Positions 8,551 to 16,373 of a stretch of DNA of 20,000 nt are shown here, piece after piece (position 1 is the stretch's first letter; every line of letters begins with the position of its first letter). The DNA lies in the IMG/VR virus record IMGVR_UViG_3300014057_000711; one strand, 5' to 3'. Source of the DNA: an uncultured virus (IMG/VR IMGVR_UViG_3300014057_000711) (taxonomy: Duplodnaviria > Heunggongvirae > Uroviricota > Caudoviricetes). A model generated the notes under the pieces. It worked only from the letters and a program-made list of their open reading frames with translations, was not told where the DNA came from and searched no databases. The translations under genes and the position numbers were made by a program.

Positions 8551-8781
8551 ATGACACAGCAATTCTTCAACATCAGTCAAGCTCCAAGCCAAGGGGCACA
8601 AGAGAACATTCATGTCAACATCAATGACGGCTCAGCCAATGTATGGCTCGGTGATACTCCAATCTGCACTACAAACTGCAAGGATGCACTCGAACTTATA
8701 GTGCAGACTCTGGCTGACAAGTTCGACGCAAAGCTTCCTGCCAGGTCAGAAATGATATACGACACAGTGATGCAATGGTGA
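8551..8781 (+). CDS. Small acidic hypothetical protein (76 aa)
   Basis: ATG after an A-rich leader, protein-like composition, flanked by the long hairpin and a 13-bp inverted repeat. Confidence 0.75.
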   Translation: MTQQFFNISQAPSQGAQENIHVNINDGSANVWLGDTPICTTNCKDALELIVQTLADKFDAKLPARSEMIYDTVMQW

Positions 8782-8787
8782 TTTCTC

Positions 8788-8819
8788 ATCAGTCCTCCCG
8801 TCAAATCGGGAGGACTGAT
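8788..8819 (+). terminator. Perfect 13-bp inverted repeat after the small ORF (terminator or 3' stabiliser)
   Basis: ATCAGTCCTCCCG-TCAAAT-CGGGAGGACTGAT; no clear U-tract. Confidence 0.5.
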
Positions 8820-8889
8820 AGCAACCGACAGATGTGAGAAGAAAGGACAGCTGGACATTACCAATAGAGACCGCCATCTTTTAAACGCA

Positions 8890-11410
8890 CGCTGCCCCTG
8901 AAGGGGGAATCGTGGCACGCAGGACTGCCACGGCAGCACTCGCCGGCATCGGCAGTCGCTGGCATCAGCGAAGGGATGTGCATCCCACAGAGAGAGTGCC
9001 GCCCCATTCCATGCCGCAACCCTGCACTGCGTTACGGGTTGCGCCGTGGGCTGGGTCGCACCGCTCATTCCGCCATCGGCACACACTACGGAGGCTCCCG
9101 TGGGGCATCGGCCGGCCTGGACCCATGGCTGAGGCCCTGCGCTTATGCAGGCTCCGCTCCCTTGCCGTGGCGACACCCGAGTCGTCTGCGCCGACATCGG
9201 GTATCGCCACTCGTCCGCTACGCTTGCACGCTTGTCCTCCCGATGCCGCACTGCGCCTCCCAAGCTTGTCGTTATCACTCCATTGCCGCTGGCGGGCGGT
9301 GCTGCTGGCACACTCCCTTACGCTTATGCCTACGCGAGCGTTTCACTCTGCAGATGCCATGCTCTTAGTGCTGCACAGGCAGTCCACTCGTGCCATATCA
9401 GCGGCAGAGTGGTGTTCAGTTCCGTGAACTTCACGTCGTTGTTTGTCCGGCGATGCTGGCGCATCGTCGGGTGGAGGCAGCCTCATGCCACACCGACACC
9501 CGTTCCCTCGGCCCGGGTATCGGTGCCGCAGTCGGCATCACATCGCAGCTCGCCGTCCCCACCGCTACGCTTCGGGGGTGCGAGCCGCCAATCAGCACGG
9601 CACGCAACCTGGCGGTGCGAGCCGATCGCCCACATTCCCACCCCTCATATTGCTGCGGCAAGCCTTGCAATCCCTCTAAGTGCCATGACGAAGGCACGCA
9701 GGACTGCCAACACCTGCCATTGCGCCGCCGGCCTCCGTCGTGGGTCAGGCTGGCTCCTGGAGAGTGCTGCATGCCATGGCGCAACCCTGCACTTCTCTTC
9801 ATTTCGCTACGGGTTGCGCTATGGATGACGTACCTTGTTCCCACTGCGGGACAAACGCTCCGAATGAGGGCATGGCGCTTGACGGCCCAGCTTCACGCAG
9901 ATGGCGCTACCTTTCCGCACCGACACCCGAGATTCCTGCGTCGCCGTCGGGTGTCGGCACGGGTGCGCCACTCGCCGTTTCGCTGTTCCTGCGCCATACA
10001 CTCATTCCAAGCTTGACAACACAAGTGTATCATTGTCTCGAAGTGGCGGTACTCTACGCACACTCCATACGCCGCTTGACCCACGAGCGCTGGCGCTCTG
10101 CGGTCGGCAGTCTTCATTTGTGGAGGCAGTCCACTCTGTTGCCGTCGCCATAGCAAAGCGGTGTGCCACTGGCGTAGCACGCATTTGTTCGAGAGAGTGG
10201 CGAGCACTCTCAATCGCGATGCCTACGCTCGTGAGCCGTGCCTGCGGCGGTCGCTGCGCGCGCTTCGCCTGAAGGCCGACGCAGTGGCATGGTCGTCGTT
10301 ACGATGTGTGATGTTGGGCTGCGCTCAACATCTGTACACACATCTTCACTCCTGAACGCACCGACACCCCGCGCCTGCAGCAGGTCGCAGGACTACGCCG
10401 CGCCCGTCATTACGCTCCGTCGTCAAAAGTGCTCTGGTCGTGCCTGATGTGGGACGATGCGGACTCGCATCCGGCTCACGCCCGATGCTTGACGGTGGTC
10501 AGTCCGCAACGCCCCACGGCACTCGCTCGCACACTTGCCGCCGTCTCTCACTCCTATGCTTGCTGACGTCCTAGCTGACTTGCCACAGGCTTTCGCTTGC
10601 GCTCAGGGGTGTCGGTGCAGTATGCCATTGCATCCAGCCTCCAGGCTGTCGCCCACTTGCTCTCTTGAGGCACAGGCTCACGCTCTCCAGCATCGTTGGG
10701 GCAGCTGCGCATTGTCGCCAGGCTGTCTGTAACATGAATACTATCGCCTACACTTGTTACTATTACCTTCATCACTTCAAGCTGGCTTGACATGATTACG
10801 GCTGAAAGCGGTGCTGACACGCTCAATCGAAACCTTCTCCTGCGTCAAAGGTTCGCTTTCGCACGTCAGCGGATTTACCATGCAATCGCCTCATGTGCCA
10901 TGATGCTTTTACAGCTGCGCATCGCCGCCAGTTCATCGGAACAATAATACTATCGCCTTCACTTGTTAATGTCGCCTTCATCACGTCAAGCAGGCTTGAC
11001 ATGATTACGGCTGAAAGCGGGGCTGACACGCTCAATCGAAACCTTTTCCTGCGTCAAAGGTTCGCTTTCGCACGTCAGCGATTTGACCGCACAATCGCCT
11101 TGCTCGGCTTGCCTCGCTTGCATATTCCGATAACGAAAATCGCAGTCGCACGGAGTCGCTACGCAGGGCATCGGGGGGTCTTCCCAGACAGGGACGGTGG
11201 ACACCCCCGTACCCCCGTAAAAGGCTGTATAACAGCCTTGTGACTTCCGCAAAGGCGGAAAGTCGGAACAAACCGTGAACGCCGTTCGACGCTCACGGAT
11301 GATTTACGGTCGAAATCTTTGACCGTAAACGAGAAAAACATGCTTCAGGTAGCATTTAACGTCACTGCGTGACTGGGAACACATTAAGACATGGCTCGGC
11401 TTAATGTCTT
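8890..11410. other. GC-rich, hairpin-dense non-coding region
   Basis: All ORFs here are Arg/Ala/Cys/Pro-rich and non-protein-like; many inverted repeats and internal duplications. Confidence 0.75.
10702..11100. repeat. Tandem duplication, two copies, ~209-bp period
   Basis: 10702-10891 matches 10912-11100; the 88-nt core (10784-10871 vs 10993-11080) has 2 mismatches. Confidence 0.92.
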
Positions 11411-11440
11411 TTAACCGCTATCGCGGTTTGTTTATCTTTG
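11406..11440 (+). promoter_or_regulatory. Promoter GTCTTTT-N20-TATCTTTG upstream of the tape measure gene
   Basis: Same motif and spacing as the sites at 3708 and 16263. Confidence 0.75.
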
Positions 11441-11499
11441 TCTTCGACAAACTGGGAAACTGATTACTCATAACTGATTACGACAACTTAAAAACACCT

Positions 11500-14400
11500 A
11501 TGAGCAACATAAGCACACAAGCAACAGTGAACCTGACCATCAACGGTCAGCAACCTATCCAGGTGCTGCAGCAGCTTCGGCAGAACGCGCTGCAGCTGGA
11601 GAGTGCCATAGCACGGGCGGCGGCAGCGGGCAACCGCACCGACCTTCGCAGGCTGCGCCGTGAGCTCTCTGACACCCGAAGACAAATCCGTGAGATTGAG
11701 TCATCGACTATGCAGGTGGAGAGCGTGATGCGACGGCTAAACCGCGCCACCCCGAACGAGCTGAACCGAACCCTTCAGACGCTGAACCGACAGCTCCAAT
11801 ACATGGAGCGTGGCTCGGCGGCATGGGACTCACATGTCGCCAAGATTCGCCAGGTGAAAGCGGAGATCTCATCGCTGAACGCGGAGATGCGGGCGCAGGA
11901 AGGGTTCTGGAAACGTTTCACACGGACGATGAACGACTGGCAGGCATCGCTGTTCACCGTGGCGGCAGTGCTCTCGGGCGTGGTGATGGCTGGCCGTCGT
12001 GCCGTGACCTCCTATGCCGAGATGGAGGAGCAGATGGCGAACACCCGGAAATACACCCAGATGACGAAGGAGGAGGTGGATAAGCTGAATGAGGCGTTCC
12101 TTGATATGGACACCCGTACCGGGCGAGACAAACTGAACGAGTTTGCGCAGGAAGCAGGCCGACTGGGCAAGACTACCATGGAGGATGTCCAAGGCTACGT
12201 GGAGGCAGCGGACATCCTGTCGGTGGCTCTGGTGGATCTCGGTGAGGGTGCCACTCAGACTATCGCCAAGATTTCCAACATCTTCGGTGTGGAACAACTG
12301 CTTGGAACCAAGGAGGCGATGCTGTCTGTTGGCTCTACTGTGAATGTGCTCTCGCAGAACTGTACCGCGTCTAAGCCGTACCTGGTGGAGTTTGCACAAC
12401 GTTTGGCTGGTGTGGGCGCACAGGCGCACATGACTATACCACAGATTCTTGCCTTCGGTGCTACACTGGATGCCAACGGTCAGAAGGTGGAGATGGCGGC
12501 CTCGGCATTGTCACGTACCATCATGAAGCTGTTCCAGTCGCCTAAGGAGATTGCGGAGTCTGTGGGCCTGGATGTGGAGCAGTTCATCTCGACTCTTAAT
12601 GAATCGACAAACGAGGGTCTGATGATGTTCCTGGAGCGTCTGCACCAGATTGGCGACAAGGACGCGCTGGCGGCTCTCTCTCCACTGTTCAAGGACCTGG
12701 GCATGGATGGCATCCGTATGGCGCAGGTGCTGTCTGTGCTCTCAGGCAAGCTGGAGATGGTACGATGGGAGCAGCAGGAGGCGAACAAGGCTTTCGACGA
12801 GGCTACATCTGCCACCCGTGAGTATGATATCTTCAACAACACGGCGCAGGCTGGCATCGAGAAGGCGAAGAAGCGCATCCATGAGCTGGCAGTGGAACTC
12901 GGTGAGAAACTGCTGCCTGTATACCGCCATATAATGACGAGCGGCAGCGCTATGCTGCGTCTGCTGAACATGGTGGCTGACTTTGTGATTAACCACAAGA
13001 ATGCAATCATAACGGCTGTTGCTGCATGGGTGTCATACACTCTTACGGTGAACGCATCCAACATCGCCTTCAAGGCTCATTACTACTGGCTGGTGCTAAC
13101 GCAGGGGGCGATGCGGCTTCTCTCTACTGTGACTCTTGCGCTGAAGATAGCGTTCTTTGCGGTGACTGGGCAGATTGAGCGGGCAAAGGCTGCATATACT
13201 GCCTTCCATCTGCTGACAAAGAGCACGCCATGGGGAATAATAATAGCGGCCATAACTGCTGTGGGTGTGGCGATATACAACATGGCGACAGCCACCAAGG
13301 AGGCGACGAGGTCGGAGAAGGAGCTGCAGCAGATGAACCAGGAGCTTCAAGAGACAAGGAACAGGTACCAGGAACGTCTTGACGTGGAGAAGCGCCGTAT
13401 CAATGACCTGGTGGCTGTGGCTCGTGACGACAAGGCATCGATGGAGCAGCGCAAGAAGGCGATTGACACTCTTAACCGGATAATCCCCAACTACTGTGCC
13501 AAGCTGGACTCGGAGACGAAGAAGTACCATGAGAACAAGAAGGCTCTTGATGACTACCTTCTTTCTCTGGAGCGCAAGATCCGTCTGGAGTCGAACCGCG
13601 CCGAGTACGAGAGGCTGATCAAGGAGGATGAGCGTCTGTCCCGTGAGATTGCCACGGCACAGGACTATGACAAGGCAAGGGTGCAGGGTGCCATCGACAC
13701 GCACAAAGGAAGCGGAAGCTTCGATATGATTTCGGCTGTGGCTCATGCATACGGCGCGAGCACTACGCCTGGTGGCACCGTTACCGCTGTGCCTGACTCT
13801 AAGCGGGTGAAGGAGCTGAAGGGGCAGCAGGCTGCCGTGCGTATGCAGATAAACAGACTGATTAAATACGCTGGTAAGGAGAACCTGATAAATGCTGGCT
13901 CTGCTGATGTGTCTGAACCCGACATTGTTGACCCGTCTTATACTCCTGGAGGTGGTGGCTCGGGAAGTGGCAGTGGCAGCAGCAAGAGTGGGAGCAGCGG
14001 TAGCCACACCAGTACTCGCACTACCAGTGGCAGTGGCACCACGAAGGCCGAGGACAGGTTTGCGGCAGAGAAGGCCTGGAGGGAGCGGGAGGAGGCACTG
14101 ACGCGCATCTCCTACGCCACAGGTGTGCTTGACTATGAGGAGTACAGCGAGAAGATGAATCAGATAGCTCAGGACTTCTACGAGAAGCAGCTGGCACATA
14201 CTGACCTGAGCGAGAACGAGAGGCTGAAGATTATGGCTCAATATGCCGAGGAGGCCCTGAAGATGGAGGAGCTGAAGTACAAGCACCGCCTGAAGGAGGA
14301 GAAGGACGCATACTCTGAGCTGCGGGCAGAGACTATGCAGGACTATATTGACGGAAAGCTGTCGAAGAACGCCTACGACATGCAGATGGAGAACCTGGAG

Positions 14401-15642
14401 TATGCGCACCTGCGGGCTCTTGTCGACATAGCGGATGAGGGCTCTGACGAGAGAGCCGAGGCTGAGGAGAACCTGCGCAAGAAGCTCATAGAGGGGATGG
14501 AGCGCCGGCAGAGGGAGTACGAGGAGAAGGTTAGGGAGCACCAGCTGAAGCTCAAGGAGATGAAGGACGAGTACTTCGGCAACAATGCCGTGGAGGACAA
14601 GGCGCAGTTTGACGAGGCGATGGCGCTGCTGGATGAGCAGTACAAGAAGGAGCTTGACATGGTGGGTGACAACGCCAAGGAGAAGCTGCGCATCGAGGAG
14701 GCATACGAGAAGGCGAAGCTGGCCCTAAAGAAGAAGTACAACCAGCTCACGGAGACTGACACCAAGAACTTCATGCAGAAGTTCAACGAGGATGCCATGG
14801 AGTGGCTGGAGTCTGATGTGGGAAAGGCTGTCATCAAGTCTATAGAGGCTGTGACATCGGCGTTCTCGTCGATGTTCTCGCAGCTGCGCTCGCTGATGGA
14901 GGCTGAGATGGAGCTGGAGGTGGCGGCTGTGGAGAAGAAGTATGACCGCGAGATTGAGGCTGCACAGGGGAATGCCTACCAGACGAAGCTGCTTGAGAAG
15001 AAGAAGCAGCAGGAGGTGAAGAAGATAAAAGACGAGGCGAACCGGAAGATGTATGCCATGGAGGTGATGCAGGCGCTGGCACAGACTGCCACTTCGGCAA
15101 TAAATGCCTACTCATCGGCTGCGGCGATTCCTCTTGTGGGCTACATCATAGCTCCTATAGCGGCAGCGGCTGCACTGGCGGCTGGAATGATCCAGGTGGC
15201 TGCCATCAGGAAACAGGCGCAGAAGTCAGCGACTGAGGGGTATTCGGAGGGTGGTTTCACACGACCTGGACGTGTTGATGAGGTGGCTGGCGTGGTCCAT
15301 GCCGGGGAATGGGTGGCTTCGCAGAAGTTGCTCGCCTCGCCTGTGGCGCGTCCGCTGATCAACGCTTTGGACTATGCGCAGCGCACTAATACTATAGGCT
15401 CGCTCCGTGGCAGTGATGTGTCACGCTCTATAACGGCACCAGCAGCTATCGCCAATATGCAACCGCAGGTGATAATAAAAGAGAATGCGGAACTGCGAGA
15501 GGCAATTAAGAGGCTGAACGCTCGATTGGATGAGCCGTTTGTTACCGTGAACACCGTGACTGGCGATATGGGTATCAAGCAGGCGCAAGATGATTACCAA
15601 AGGCTGATGAATAATAAGTCCCCCAAGAATAAACGCAAGTAA
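11500..15642 (+). CDS. Phage tail tape measure protein
   Basis: 1380 aa, helical/coiled-coil, TP901-type core region, Ala-rich hydrophobic segments, C-terminal GYSEGGFT...AGVVHAGEWV motif. Confidence 0.9.
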   Translation: MSNISTQATVNLTINGQQPIQVLQQLRQNALQLESAIARAAAAGNRTDLRRLRRELSDTRRQIREIESSTMQVESVMRRLNRATPNELNRTLQTLNRQLQYMERGSAAWDSHVAKIRQVKAEISSLNAEMRAQEGFWKRFTRTMNDWQASLFTVAAVLSGVVMAGRRAVTSYAEMEEQMANTRKYTQMTKEEVDKLNEAFLDMDTRTGRDKLNEFAQEAGRLGKTTMEDVQGYVEAADILSVALVDLGEGATQTIAKISNIFGVEQLLGTKEAMLSVGSTVNVLSQNCTASKPYLVEFAQRLAGVGAQAHMTIPQILAFGATLDANGQKVEMAASALSRTIMKLFQSPKEIAESVGLDVEQFISTLNESTNEGLMMFLERLHQIGDKDALAALSPLFKDLGMDGIRMAQVLSVLSGKLEMVRWEQQEANKAFDEATSATREYDIFNNTAQAGIEKAKKRIHELAVELGEKLLPVYRHIMTSGSAMLRLLNMVADFVINHKNAIITAVAAWVSYTLTVNASNIAFKAHYYWLVLTQGAMRLLSTVTLALKIAFFAVTGQIERAKAAYTAFHLLTKSTPWGIIIAAITAVGVAIYNMATATKEATRSEKELQQMNQELQETRNRYQERLDVEKRRINDLVAVARDDKASMEQRKKAIDTLNRIIPNYCAKLDSETKKYHENKKALDDYLLSLERKIRLESNRAEYERLIKEDERLSREIATAQDYDKARVQGAIDTHKGSGSFDMISAVAHAYGASTTPGGTVTAVPDSKRVKELKGQQAAVRMQINRLIKYAGKENLINAGSADVSEPDIVDPSYTPGGGGSGSGSGSSKSGSSGSHTSTRTTSGSGTTKAEDRFAAEKAWREREEALTRISYATGVLDYEEYSEKMNQIAQDFYEKQLAHTDLSENERLKIMAQYAEEALKMEELKYKHRLKEEKDAYSELRAETMQDYIDGKLSKNAYDMQMENLEYAHLRALVDIADEGSDERAEAEENLRKKLIEGMERRQREYEEKVREHQLKLKEMKDEYFGNNAVEDKAQFDEAMALLDEQYKKELDMVGDNAKEKLRIEEAYEKAKLALKKKYNQLTETDTKNFMQKFNEDAMEWLESDVGKAVIKSIEAVTSAFSSMFSQLRSLMEAEMELEVAAVEKKYDREIEAAQGNAYQTKLLEKKKQQEVKKIKDEANRKMYAMEVMQALAQTATSAINAYSSAAAIPLVGYIIAPIAAAAALAAGMIQVAAIRKQAQKSATEGYSEGGFTRPGRVDEVAGVVHAGEWVASQKLLASPVARPLINALDYAQRTNTIGSLRGSDVSRSITAPAAIANMQPQVIIKENAELREAIKRLNARLDEPFVTVNTVTGDMGIKQAQDDYQRLMNNKSPKNKRK

Positions 15643-15739
15643 TCCTATCAAATGTTATAATAGTTAAAAATCTATACTTGATATAACATCAATGCTTTTT
15701 ATTCGTTTACTAAACTGTAATAATTATAACAATAAAGAT

Positions 15740-16252
15740 ATGAGAAAAATCGCATTTTTGCTGCTTATGGCAATCACAGTGACCCTTGCTGGTTGTGGTG
15801 GTGATGACCCGATTAGCGAGGAAGAATTCAGAACAAATGAACTGAGAAGTCAATACAACGAGAAAGTCTTAGGCTCTTGGTATCAAGAGAGGCAAAATGA
15901 TGCCAACAAACTTTTTGAACAACTGAATTTCTCTGCCGACGGCAAACTGACTGGTTATGTCAAATGGCTGCGCAGAACCAAAGTAACTGTTGGGGGCGAA
16001 GAAGTATGGACTGATTGGGCTACCGAAGAAGACGGAGAGTTAAATGGAACATGGAGTTTAGTTTGGGAAAAGGGTCTATCATGGATAGATCTTAATGCGA
16101 CACTTTCCGGTCGTGAGTTCCTTTGGTATGGCAGCAAATTTCCATTCCATGAAGCCACAGAAGAATATCTTGACTTTGAATCTCCATTTTGGCGCTTAAA
16201 CAACAATTACTATACGATATACGAGAGAGGAGAATCTTCGCCATCGTTCTAA
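15740..16252 (+). CDS. Lipoprotein, lipocalin-like; moron-type accessory gene
   Basis: ATG at 15740; MRKIAFLLLMAITVTLAG-C lipobox, acidic residues after Cys, LGSW and LNGTW motifs; lower GC than its flanks. Confidence 0.75.
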   Translation: MRKIAFLLLMAITVTLAGCGGDDPISEEEFRTNELRSQYNEKVLGSWYQERQNDANKLFEQLNFSADGKLTGYVKWLRRTKVTVGGEEVWTDWATEEDGELNGTWSLVWEKGLSWIDLNATLSGREFLWYGSKFPFHEATEEYLDFESPFWRLNNNYYTIYERGESSPSF

Positions 16253-16262
16253 TAGTGCTATC

Positions 16263-16297
16263 GTCTTTTAAGGAATCAAGCGGTTGGTTTACCTTTG
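16263..16297 (+). promoter_or_regulatory. Promoter GTCTTTT-N20-TACCTTTG upstream of the 648-aa gene
   Basis: Same motif and spacing as the sites at 3708 and 11406. Confidence 0.75.
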
Positions 16298-16318
16298 TGT
16301 AGATCAACCGCTTTTATT
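16278..16318 (+). terminator. Probable terminator of the lipoprotein gene, overlapping the next promoter
   Basis: AAGCGGTTG (16278-16286) pairs with CAACCGCTT (16305-16313), followed by a T-rich run. Confidence 0.55.
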
Positions 16319-16373
16319 GTGCGCGATAGTGGTCTATACACTATAAACAATACTCTATAAACCACGAAGTATC

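Noticed and set aside
10702..11100. Possible CRISPR array or repeated peptide genes (ORFs beginning MSVSAPLSAVIMSS)
   Set aside because: Only two long copies with no repeat-spacer pattern; the ORFs arise from the DNA duplication and lose similarity through frame shifts
8610..11341. Numerous 60-233-aa ORFs on both strands in the GC-rich block
   Set aside because: Arg/Ala/Cys/Pro-rich, overlapping in all frames, no A-rich Bacteroidetes leaders or motifs; expected by chance in stop-poor GC-rich DNA
13096..14541. 481-aa - strand ORF and other long antisense ORFs
   Set aside because: Shadow frames of the codon-biased tape measure and other + strand genes; Leu-rich and non-protein-like
16278..16313. 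Invertible promoter (inverted repeats flanking a -7 box)
   Set aside because: Only 18 bp between the repeats, too short for a typical invertible segment; better explained as a terminator hairpin
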